The notes below the pieces were generated by a model. It saw only the letters and a program-made list of their open reading frames with translations, was not told the origin of the DNA and ran no database searches. A program made the translations under genes and the position numbers. A stretch of 64,000 nt of DNA from Vicugna vicugna (taxonomy: Eukaryota), in assembly GCA_013265495.1 (NCBI GenBank), contig MU058198.1, forward strand, positions 3,298,419 to 3,362,418, read 5' to 3'. Below, one piece after another: positions 25,997-37,365 of this stretch. Each line of letters begins with the position of its first letter. The stretch's first letter is position 1.

Positions 25997-27774
25997 TCAC
26001 CAAATGATGACTACGATGTACACGGTGCAGGTTTCAGGCACTGTTCTGTGCACTGTACACATATGGCCAAGCTTGTAACCCTCACGACTATCCATAAGGC
26101 TGTTACTCTTATGATTTCCCTTTTCCAGAGGAAAAGCTAAAGTGCAGAGAGGTTAACATTCAATGTCACATGGCTGGTTGGTAAGGACCCAGATGGAGGT
26201 ACATAGGCTCACCAGCACATCCTCTCCTGTCTTCTAGCCCCAGGGAGGGAGAAACTAGCCCCCATCTGGAAAAGCAGACTAGGGAGAAATAAGCGTAGTT
26301 CAGGGACAGCCCATCAGGGCCTGGCTGGACTCCTGGCTCTGCCCCTGACTAGCTGTGACAAGGGATCCTAAAAATATGTGAGCCCTCGAGTGCCATGCAC
26401 CTGCCAGGCTGCTTTCTTTTTTTTTCTTCAGCTAAGATAGCAGAAATGATTTACTGTACATGTGTTATATTCAGCCACAACTGAAAATGGAACTAGTTCA
26501 GAACATCACAGGTCTGGGGCAAAGGACCAAAAGGGATCGCTTTGATATGAGCAAGATAGGTCTCTTAAAGGTGGTCAAGGTGATCAGAATGGCAATAGAC
26601 GTTCTAGATCCATTGAGACAAGTTCTACACAGTAGGCACGCAGTCCAGCAATCTGTATCAGCATCCTTGGCCTCTGGCTTTCTTCGCTTCTGCTCTAGTG
26701 GCTTCTGTGGGTGTACAAGTTTTCCTGGACCTCTGCCTCATCTTTCTTCTTCTGCACTGCAGTCTGCACATTTACTTCTCCCTCCACTTCACTCTCACGG
26801 CGCGGAGTTTTCTCAGAAGATGGTGTTAAGGCTGAGAGCCAGGCAGCTTTTATGTTTTGTGATCTCCATTAAGACTTAAAACCATCCTACCCGGTAGGTG
26901 CCGCTCACCCCTATTAAGTAAAGATGTCAAGGATAAGGCGAACAACTGCATTCACACGCAGGCTAGCCGGCCCTGGGTCCACACTCTTAACCACTGCCTG
27001 CACTGCCTCTTGCATTCCTTAGCCTCTCTAAGCCTCAGTTTACTTCTCTGTAAAGTGGAGCTAAGAGTCTCCTGTGCAAAGTGGCTGGGACTTAAATGCA
27101 TCAGTGCTCACAAAAGGCTTAGCCCAATGGTCTACGTGACTGACAGCTGCAATGTATGCTGTGAGATCAGTGTGATGTTAGAAGCCAAACCCCCAACCTA
27201 AGGTCCGGGTTCCTCAGATCTTAAAGGATAGATGTAACTCATACACGCTTCCAGGAGAGGCAAAGGGGACACAGAATAGCTGGATGATGGTGCTTCTGCC
27301 CTCACATAGCTGTCAAATGAATTAGGAAGATGAGGACACGGTTAACCCCATACACCCACTGTTAACACAAACTCCGGAGGCAGAGGGCCTGGGTTCACAC
27401 GCACCGCTCTGCTCTGTGGCCTTGGGCAAACTGTCTTGCAGAGCCTCCGTCTCCTCCTTTATAAAAGAAGGAAACAAGCAGTAACTTCCTCCTGAGGGTC
27501 ATCACAAGGCTGGAACGAGAGGGCCTACGGGAAGTGCTGGGCACATTGCCTGGCATGTCTGACCACTTGGAAGGTCCTGGCTGTGATTATCACCGGTACC
27601 ACCTGTATTGGTATTTCTTCGTTTGTCAGAGAAGGGGGTTGGCTTCGGTGAACCCGGGGTCCTTTTTTTTGGGGGGGGGGTCCCTTCTTGGCCTAACCTT
27701 AACATGTTCAGCATTTGGAACGTTCCAAGGTTTAAGAGCGACTCCACTAGGAGAACTGCAAACAGGTTCACATA

Positions 27775-28222
27775 AAAAATAGTACATAAAAGTTCACAGC
27801 AGTTTTACTCATAATAGCCCCAAAGTAGACACAACCCAAATGCCCACCCACTGATGAATGGCTAAGCAAAATGTGGTTTTTCCACTAATGAATGTTGTTT
27901 GGCCATAAAAAGAAATGAAGTACTGAGTCCTGCTACAACATACATGAATCTTATGCTAAGTAAAAGCCAGTCATAAAATGAAATGTTCCAAACAGGCAAA
28001 ACACAGAGACAGAAAGTAGGTTAGTGACTGCCAGGGGTAGGAGGGAAGGAGGAAAAGGGAGTGACTGCTAATTGCTACAGGGTTTCGTTTCAGGGTGATG
28101 GAAATGTTCTAGAATTAGAGAGTGGTGATGGGTACAAAACACAGTGAATCTACTGAAGACCAATTTGAAATGGTGAATTTCATATTTTATGAATTATATG
28201 TCAACTATAAAAAAAAAAAAAA
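27775..28222 (+). mobile_element. Ancient L1M 3' fragment
   Basis: gttcacagcagttttactcataatagccccaaag...acaacccaaatgcccacc...gtgactgccagggg...gggtgatggaaatgttctagaattaga, ending in poly(A). Confidence 0.8.
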
Positions 28223-29518
28223 GAATGACTCTTGAAGCAAGAGGCTCCAGAAGTCAGCCTCCCTGAGGTGTGGACACCTGCCCTCTACCTCGCCAAAAGG
28301 CTCACACCATCATGCTGAGCTGAGGGCCCCACAGGGGCAGGACGCATCAGGTGGCACGCTGGGCACGCTGCCTGACATGTAGCAGGTGCCCAGCCACGTG
28401 GCATGACAGGATTTGGCTTCTGCCAACCTCCCTGTCCTCACGTCTCCAGGTCCTCTGCTCTACTCACTGTGCTTGGGCCACACTGGCTTCCTTCCTGCTC
28501 CACAGATATGCAAAGGGTTTAGCTTCCACAGGGCCGGTGCACCTACTATTCTCTCTGCTTTCAGCATTCTCCCCTTAGGTAACCACTTCGTCTCTGCTCT
28601 ACCATTATCTGCTTGGCGAGGTCCACCCTGTCTGTAAGAGCACCCCTCCTTGCTGGTTCCCCAGCCTGCTACCCTTTTCTCCACAGCAGTAATCATCACT
28701 TAATATCAAAGTAAGAATAAACTGATCTGTTCGTTATCAGTCTTCCCTACTTACTGAGCACAGGGTCTTGGTTCCAGGCTCAAACACTACCTGGGTCATA
28801 GTAAGTGACCTTGATGAATGAATTCTTTTATTCAACTAATCACAACTGAGTTTCTGCTATAACCTTCTACAATAAAGGACAGAAATGAAATTGGTTTCTG
28901 TCCTTTAGGAACCTGAGTTTAGTTAATAATTTACCTGAGATTAGAGCACACATCTTAAGACAGCCTTGGTATTTTTGGCATTTTCTCTTGGGTTGCTTAA
29001 CTAGTCATACTTGTTATGACAGGTAGGCAACTGTTGACCTAGGGAACACACACACTCCTCCTTGTCCTCCCTGAGCTTGGCTGACCTCAGGATTAAACTT
29101 CCTACAAGAAGACTGACTTCAGAAGTGGCACAAGTTTTGCTTGGACCGTGTAATGTGGTTAAAAAAAAAAAATCTGAGCTTACATTTACCAATGGGAAGT
29201 AGTCATCAAAAACAAAACCAAACCAAAAAAACCCTGGAGTTCTGGCTCCTCCTAGAAATCAGAAGATTTGACGTGACGGGTGGGCCAGGATTCCCACCCA
29301 GGAACAAGGGCTTCCTCCTGCTCCCAACAGCCCCAGAGCCTCCAGCTCCATCTTCCCTTTGGCCCCTGTTTCCTGCCTGCTCCCAGCAGGATGTGAGATT
29401 CGGAGAGAAGAACAGGAATCTCAAAACAGCCTTGGGGCTCTTTTTTTCTCAGGGAGCTTGAGCATCTTTTTGGGTGACACCTGCCACCCCGGGCAGTACA
29501 AATGTACCCCTTTCTTCA

Positions 29519-29968
<450 letters not shown>

Positions 29969-30298
29969 TCATTTACCCTCATCCTGGAAGTAGAAGAAAA
30001 CCCAAGTTTCGGAGCAGGCCATTTCATAAAGAGGCTCCGACTCTCCCCAATTGCACCTATCATTCTACTTTGAGGTTTGCTAAGGCTAAGTCTGACCCAA
30101 AGGGGAAGAAGGTTATTCACTGAAGCCATGTCACACGTGCATTTAACTTACACAAATTCAGTGAAGTGCTTGGGCAAAAAATAAATAAATTAATAAAAAT
30201 TAAATACTATAAAGTTACATTTTGCATATGCCTTCTGCTCACTACACGTGACTATCCACCTCATATATTTTGAATTTTGTCTACCTGACACTCTAGCA

Positions 30299-30422
30299 TT
30301 TTTTTTTTTTTTGGTGTGGGTAACTAGGTTTCTTTATTTTTTACTTAATGGAGGTGCTGGGGATTGAACCCAGAACCTTATGCATGCTAAGCATGCACTC
30401 TACCACTGAGCTATACCCTCCC
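30299..30422 (-). mobile_element. tRNA-Ala-derived SINE (Vic-1-like)
   Basis: Reverse complement gggagggtatagctcagtggtagagtgcatgcttagcatgcataaggttctgggttcaatccccagcacctcca, then a tail and poly(A). Confidence 0.9.
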
Positions 30423-32226
30423 TACAATCTGACACTTTAATTGCTGGCTTTAGATACTAACCAAAAGTAACATTCAATTCCACTGTATTTCTCCTTACCC
30501 AAGTTTAAACTCTCACGATTTTACTTCTTCCTCACCTTGCCTTCTTGGCCCTCTCTCCACAATGAGCTCACCTGCATCTCCAGGTCCAGGAGGCAGCACA
30601 GGATATGAAATGCTCCTCTGGGGTCAGATAGACTCCAGTTCAGCACCATTTATGTGTGTGACCTTCAGCCAGCTAGTCACCACAAAATCAGAGGTCCCCA
30701 AGATAGAAGACAGGGGTGCAGTACTTGAAAGCCAGACCTCTTATATCAGATAGACCTGAATTCAAATTCTGCATCCACCATTTACCAGATGCTACCCCTT
30801 GTGCACTCTATTTGACTTTTGTGAGCTTCAGTTTTCTAATTTTTTAGAAAGATCGAAAACAAATAGAAACCTTCCTTACAAGGTTGCTGTGAAGCATAAA
30901 TGCTGACCAGAGGACACTATTTAATTAATTTTAACTATTATAGTAATCTATGTTACACAATAATTTTTCTATCTGTAGTCAACAGCCTTGCCCATATGGT
31001 CTTTTCCTGCAAATCAGCAAGGAAACATGGATTAAAATCATAATGGAGGGGTTTAAGTTCTTTCTATTAGTAACAGATCTTGCCAAGTGCCTCAGTTGCA
31101 TTAGCTCAAACCACAAGATAGGTATCATTACTAGCCCTGTTTGACAGAGAGTGAAACTCAGAAGCTCAGAGAGGTTAAATACTTTGCCCAAGTCACACAG
31201 ATAGGAAGTGGCTAAGCCAGAAATTTGGACTCAGACAATCCCAGGCTCAGACAATCCCAAACCGGGTACTTGTCTGCAAACCTTTGGCAGTTCACAACCA
31301 AGTAGTATAGAAATTGCAAGTAAATGTTTAGAAACTTATAGCAATTTTGACAAAATAATTTTATGTCTGTTGAATCTAATAAAAAGAAAGTCTCATATTT
31401 TGTATGCTTCTAAGAGTTTCCTTTTCCTAGTAATATCTTTATATCCATTTTATAAGAGTATTAATCCATAATCCGTTGCAAATCAGAAACCAGTCCTTTC
31501 ACCAAGGGTGGTTTGAGAAACATGCTCTACTCTATAATGCCTACCAAGAAAGATCCTTGTCACTCTATGCACCTGGGATCTTGCCACAAATGTAGCTTTG
31601 TGACCCTGGGGTTCAGAATGAGAGGGATGTTTGGTGTGAAGAGGGCACGAGGTAGCCCTGGTGAGAAAAGAATATGGGTATACAGGGCCTATGTACCTGC
31701 AACTTCCTCTGCCCAGAAGGTTCTTCCCATAGGCCTCACATACCTAGATTCTTCATGTCATTTGGTTCTCAGCTCTTACGTCACCTCAGCAAGGCATTCT
31801 TGACTATCCTAAGTAACTCCCCGTCCCCTATCCTGCTTCATTTCCTGCACGGCACATGTGACTGTTTAAAAGTAGTTATTTTTATTCGTGTTTGTCGCGG
31901 CCACTACAGTGTAGGCTTCTTGAGAGAAGGGGCCCTACTTTCCCCATGACCACCGCATCCCATAGCCTAGAACAGTGGGTATTCAATACACGCTTATTGA
32001 CTATACACAACAAAAGAGGGACCCAAGGAAAGGTTACAGCACAATAAACACGAAATTTCTGGAAATGCGAAAGATTTCCGCTCGTAAACCTGTTTCTTCC
32101 TCTCTAAAACGATGTCTAACTGCCCGCCCAGTCTGACTCCACCGGAAGGAATTCGTCGGGGAACATTTGGGGGGTGGGCAAGAGACGGTGGGCCCCGGCC
32201 TGCAGCGTCACGTCCGCCAAAGTTAC

Positions 32227-32365
32227 CTGTGGGACTGGGGGCGAACCGTACTCGCACAGCAACCCCGGGATCAGTGCCCAGGCTGGCCTCGCGCCGTCCA
32301 ACGGGGCGGCCCAAGGCCGCCGGGGGCCTACCGGGCTGCAGCAGCCTCTTCAGAAGTACCGCCAT
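32227..32365 (-). CDS. EARS2: EARS2 exon 1 (139 nt coding); mitochondrial glutamyl-tRNA synthetase with Arg-rich targeting peptide
   Basis: [55 protein letters not shown] is the GluRS signature; GTAACT donor. Confidence 0.97.
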
Positions 32366-32766
32366 GTGGGGTGGAAGCTCACACGTGGACCTCTCCGTGC
32401 ATCACTTCCGGGGATTCCTCTCAGCCAATCCGTTTCCGCCACAGCAGGCGCAACCCCGCCCCTTAAAGGCGCAGGCCTTCTAGCCTGCAAGCCCACGCCC
32501 CCCTGCACGGCTGCGGCGCCACTCGGCCTCCAGGGGGCAGAGCCCCGCGAGCGTGCGATTTCCCGGGCCCGCCCCCTTCGAGTCCCGAAAGCTAAAGCGT
32601 GGCAGGGGCCGGGCCGGGGAAGCGGAGGAGGCGGGTCTCCATAGAAACCTCCACCTGTTTCCGGCCAGACTGTGCGAGATTAGGGGCTGTTGCGGGGGCC
32701 AATCTCAGCCAGTTCGCCTTTTCCCGGCGGCCCCTGCGGGAGCGGTGGGTGTTGTACACAATCATC

Positions 32767-32791
32767 ATGGCGGCGGCCGGAGCCCCGGATG
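32767..32791 (+). CDS. UBFD1: UBFD1 exon 1 (25 nt coding)
   Basis: atcATGg Kozak context, MAAAGAPD-G, GTGAGT donor; phase joins exon 2. Confidence 0.9.
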
Positions 32792-32975
32792 GTGAGTGTG
32801 GAGGGGGTGGCGGGCGCCCGTGATGGGCTGAGGTGAAGCAGGCGCTCCGGGGGGAATGCGGCCTGGCGCGCGGGGGGAGTAGCCTGGCTCGGGAGCGGCG
32901 GTCCGGCAGCGCCCGGGCAGAGTCCGGTCCCAGGCCCAGCCCGCGGCGAGCGCCCACCCCCTGACCCCCTTGCAG

Positions 32976-33305
32976 GCATGGAGGAGCCTGGCATGGACAC
33001 GGAGGCAGAGACCGTGGCGACCGAGGCGCCCGCGCGCCCCCTCAACTGCGTGGAGGCCGAAGCCGCGGCGGGGGCGGCGGCCGAGGACTCCTGCGCTGCG
33101 CGAGGCAGCCTGCAGCCGGCCCCGGCCCAGCCCCCTGGGGACCCCGGGGCCCAGGCCTCGGTCAGCAACGGCGAGGACGCCGGCGGCGGCGCGGGCAAGG
33201 AGCTGGTGGACCTGAAGATCATCTGGAACAAGACTAAGCACGACGTGAAGTTCCCCCTGGACAGCACAGGCTCCGAGCTAAAACAGAAGATTCACTCGAT
33301 TACAG
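32976..33305 (+). CDS. UBFD1: UBFD1 exon 2 (330 nt), start of the ubiquitin-like domain
   Basis: MEEPGMDTEAETVATEAPARP...ELVDLKIIWNKTKHDVKFPLDSTGSELKQKIHSITG; tgcag acceptor and GTAATC donor. Confidence 0.96.
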
Positions 33306-34196
33306 GTAATCCCCGTGGCGGTGACAGTCTTCCTCACCTCACCTGCAGGTGCCTAGTGTTTGCACGGTGCTGGGCCCTCGCGCTGGCCACTTTCCTTGCA
33401 TTAGCCTCCTTAATGCTAACAACAGCTCTCCCAAGTAAGTACTGATGTGCCCATTCTTCATATGGGGAAAATGAGACCCAAAATCAGAGCTAGTAAATGG
33501 CTGAGCTAGGATTCAGACCCAGCTCTGACTCTTAGGCCCAAGTTTCTAACTAGTGTTGCCCAAACATCTCAATAAAAATCACCAGAGGCACTTGTTAATT
33601 TTACAGTTCCTAGGCCCGTCCCGCTGGAGATTTTTATTCAGTGGGTCTGGAATGTGGCCAGAGATTATTTTTAGCAAATGTCTTAGGTAATTCTAATAAG
33701 GGAAGTTTAGGAAACACTGCTGTTGGCTTTCATGCTGGCCCCTTCACAGATGCTCCTGTTACTTAATTTTATCTCATTTACAGCACTTTGCCATCTGAAA
33801 CGATTTCCTTTTTAAGCTTTCTCCATGTAGCTTGTAAGCGCGGTAAAAACAGAAACCTTATGGGTTTCTATATCCCTGAGGCCTGTGGCCTTAATACAGG
33901 AGTGATGGGATGGTTGAGAAACAGCTTGGAATGAATGATAGCTAATAGTTATGGAACAATTACTGGATACCAGGTACTGCACTAGATGCTACATACTTGT
34001 CCTATTTCTTTGTTCTTAAAAGAAGTTCATACAGAAGGAACTATTGTCATCTCTATCATGAGGTACTGGAGGCTCAGAGAGGTTGTAAATTGCTCAAGTG
34101 CCCAAAAGTAATTGGCGATAGAGCAGTATTCACTTTCACATCTGTTCAAGTATATTTTTCGTTTCTTCCTTTCACCGTCCTCTACCTTTTCTCAAG

Positions 34197-34405
34197 GTCT
34201 CCCGCCTGCCATGCAGAAAGTCATGTATAAAGGCCTTGTCCCCGAGGATAAGACGTTGAGAGAAATAAAAGTGACCAGCGGGGCCAAGATCATGGTGGTT
34301 GGCTCCACGATAAATGACGTTTTAGCAGTAAACACGCCCAAAGATGCGGCCCAGCAGGATGCCAAGGCCGAAGAGAACAAGAAGGAGCCTCTCTGCAGGC
34401 AGAAA
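34197..34405 (+). CDS. UBFD1: UBFD1 exon 3 (209 nt)
   Basis: LPPAMQKVMYKGLVPEDKTLREIKVTSGAKIMVVGSTINDVLAVNTPKDAAQQDAKAEENKKEPLCRQK; aag acceptor and GTGAGT donor. Confidence 0.96.
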
Positions 34406-35282
34406 GTGAGTCCGTCGTGTGGTTGTTAGTCCTGGGAAGTGTGAGGCTTTGTCCTCTCGAGCCTAGGCTGGTTGTATTCTCCCTAGAATAAGCTCCTTTT
34501 CGGACAGGGCCCATGATGGAAATTTATGGCAGCAGTTGGGTGCGGCTGGCTGTTGAGTGGAGGTGACAACTACCTGAGATTTGCATCTTTGTCTCATCTG
34601 GCGGGTCAGTGTGTCTCAAGTCTATCTACTTTAGGATAAGGCCTTTGTAAAGGCAGGCTTCAGGCAAGATATTGAAAGGAAGCAGATGTGGGTTTCTCTC
34701 CTCTTTAGTGCCAGAGAAAAATGCCACTATTAGAATTAACCCTCCATTTTGTACAAGTGCTCACATTTGTTTTTTGACTTGTGGCTTTCCCCGAGTCAAC
34801 AAGCCCTTTTCTGGTTAAGGTTGGAAATCAATAGCTTTCAGAGGTTCCTCTGAAACTGACTGTTTCAGGAAGCCAAATGAAGCTGACTAGGAAGATAACG
34901 ACACTGATTTTTTTTTTTCCCTTCTTGGTCCATGAAATGGGGGCCTGATTTTTCACATGTGCTGTTGCTCATCTTGGATCGAAGAGATCCAGCTTTGTTT
35001 TGTGCTTATTGTAACCATTCAAATTCTTTTGGTAATTGGGAAAAGTAAGAGTATTTCACTGTAGAAGGAACTGGTTAGAAGAACCCTACTTACCCTTTAA
35101 TCACCCAGCAAACCCCTACGTTTTTATCGGGCCTACTAACACTCTTAGTAGTGTTACAGAAAAATAGATATGCTCAACTCAGCCTGTGTCCTAAGTAGAC
35201 CAACTTGAACCAACATCAATTTTAGTGACCATAGGCACCAGGGCACATGGCCAGCAGTGTGAGAGGGACACAGGTTACGTTA

Positions 35283-35632
35283 CAGGGCCATAATCCCTTA
35301 CGTGTGCTTCCAAAACCCAAAAAGAATCTGAAAACCAGAAGTATTTTTGACAAATTTGGCAGCAAAACCTGACCAGGATTAGCGTGAATATTCATGTTTT
35401 GCTCTAGAAATAGTAACATGTTTGCAACATTGTAAAATGATTATAAATCAATAAAAAATGTTAAAAAAAAAAAAGTTTGGTGACAAGGTGCTACCCTAGA
35501 CCCTGCAAAGAATGTTACGTAGTGTACTTTAAAACTATATTACGTTTATAAAATCTTTAAAAATTTTAGGTTTAAATAAATAAAGTCCCAAAACTTTTGT
35601 CCACAGAGTTTCAGATAAGGAGTTGTAAACCT
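35283..35632. mobile_element. MER46C-like (Tigger-family) element carrying a short L1 3'-tip insertion at ~35424-35474
   Basis: Inverted ends caggg..ataatccctta and taaggagttgtaaacct; internal tttggcagcaaaacctgacc; insert caacattgtaaaatgattataaatcaataaaaaatg plus poly(A), flanked by gtttg. Confidence 0.65.
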
Positions 35633-36749
35633 ACACTAACATCTAAAAGGTATTTATTTGGACACTTGTCTCCAAATATGAAGTCATAATATCTTGTAAC
35701 AATTGAGTTCATTTCCATTTTCCTATCTCACTCTGCCACAGTGTATGAAATTATCAAATAGGAACATGTCAGACATGAATGAGTCTTCCCACTGGTCGCA
35801 CCCTTGGAGTATAACATGCCTCTTAAATACAGGTTTTGAGTTACTAATGGTAGCTTAACAGCTTAGAATTGTTCTCCCCAGTGCAGGGAAAATTTTTCAA
35901 AAGGTGCTTGTGAGGCATAAGTCAAATTAAGCTTCTAATGCATGTTACTTTGTTCCATTGATGCCAGTTATGAGGCATAACATGGCCTAATGAGGGGGAC
36001 CCCTCCTGGCTTTTCCTCAGCTTGTTCAGGGATCTGGGGCTGATATGTAGCAGTCTGGCAGTATTGAGTTTATTCCTGCAGTGGGTTTCTGCCATGCCAG
36101 TGGGGTTTGAGCTGGCTCATGGCCACCTGGTGCTTAAATTTAATTCAGTTGTTACCCTCTACCCACTCACTGCCCCCCAGGTCTAGCTTTACAAACACCA
36201 GCTGTACCTACAGAGCCCCAGGTGGAGAGGAAGCGAGACTCAGGCACTTGGGCCAGCCAGACAAGAGCAGTTTTAGGGGATCCCTGAGTCTAATTAGAAC
36301 CCTTAATGAGCTGCTTCAGACTCCTCAGGTGGAGGTGGGGTTAGAGACTTCCCAACATCAGGCTGTAGAGTAATCAGCATTTTTCTCAGGAGCTGTGGCC
36401 CTTCAAGCTTTCTGTTCAGCTGGGGTTGGGGATGGGGTAGTGGGGAAGATTTCTGCGATAGGCCGAGTCTCCGTTTGTTGGAGAAATGCTCCTTCTAGGC
36501 AGCCAAGCTGATTCCCAGCATCCTTGCAGATTTCTTCTGGAGTTGAAGTTGACAGAAATGGCTGCCGTCTTGCACCCCCACTAGGGAGCAGGACCCTTTG
36601 TGGCTCTCTTGAGCTTGATGTTTTAATTCTTTCACTGGTGATTTTGGTGGAGGGGCAGGGGGAAGAGGAAGTAGAGTTTGCTTGAATTAGCTATCTGGAA
36701 ATCCTGTTGGCTCTAGAACTTTGTTGTAGCTAATTGAAATTCAATAATA

Positions 36750-36882
36750 AGAATTCAGTTCCTCACTCACACTAGCCACATTTTCAAGTGCTTACTAGTG
36801 GCAGGTGTCTCATGGCTCCTGTTTTGGGCAGCACGGATATAGAATAGTTCCCTCACAGAAGTTTCTGCTGGACAGCACTGCC
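36750..36882. mobile_element. MER3/MER33-like hAT DNA transposon fragment
   Basis: aattcagttcctcactcacactagccacattttcaagtgct...cacagaagtttctgctggacagcactg. Confidence 0.65.
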
Positions 36883-37033
36883 CTGTAGTGTCAGAGGACG
36901 TGGTCTGTAGACAGTAAAAGCTATTGAACCAAAACATTAAGGCTTTCTTCAACCTCTTTTTTTAGAGTAGTAGTAACAGATTGAAATGCAGTCAACTGTT
37001 TCATTTGATTATCTCTTCTGACTTACATTATAG

Positions 37034-37099
37034 CAACACAGGAAAGTATTGGATAAAGGAAAACCCGAAGATGTGATGCCGTCTGTTAAGGGTGCCCAG
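37034..37099 (+). CDS. UBFD1: UBFD1 exon 4 (66 nt)
   Basis: QHRKVLDKGKPEDVMPSVKGAQ; tatag acceptor and GTAAGC donor. Confidence 0.94.
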
Positions 37100-37259
37100 G
37101 TAAGCCACACTCCTTTGTGAGCGTTCTGAAAAGGAACCAGACTCCCCTTCTGACTTCTGAGGTTCCTGTGATCACATCTTCGAATCCTTTCCCCTCTTCT
37201 TTTCCTGTCTTAGTTTGTTTCTGGTCCCTCTCTCTCTCACCATGCTCTTGTGCCTCCAG

Positions 37260-37365
37260 GAGCGCCTGCCAACAGTACCCTTATCCGGCATGTACAATAA
37301 GTCTGGAGGAAAAGTGAGACTCACCTTTAAGCTAGAACAAGACCAGCTGTGGATCGGCACTAAAG
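37260..37365 (+). CDS. UBFD1: UBFD1 exon 5 (106 nt)
   Basis: ERLPTVPLSGMYNKSGGKVRLTFKLEQDQLWIGTK; ctccag acceptor and GTGCGT donor. Confidence 0.95.

Larger units (their letters stand above)
32100..33320. promoter_or_regulatory. CpG island with the bidirectional EARS2/UBFD1 promoter
   Basis: Divergent ATGs at 32365 (-) and 32767 (+). Between them: CACGTG 32382-32387, ETS-type CACTTCCGG 32403-32411, CCAAT 32425-32429 and 32699-32703, GC box 32454-32462. Confidence 0.9.

Noticed and set aside
30349..30422. Functional tRNA-Ala(AGC) gene (also near 56797 and 15526)
   Set aside because: Followed by a SINE tail and poly(A) rather than a T-run terminator, and has several diverged siblings, some with TSDs; better explained as SINEs. 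tRNAscan-SE not run.
32112..33267. Multiple overlapping 100-195 aa ORFs across the EARS2/UBFD1 island
   Set aside because: Antisense or alternative-frame shadows of GC-rich first exons and promoter.
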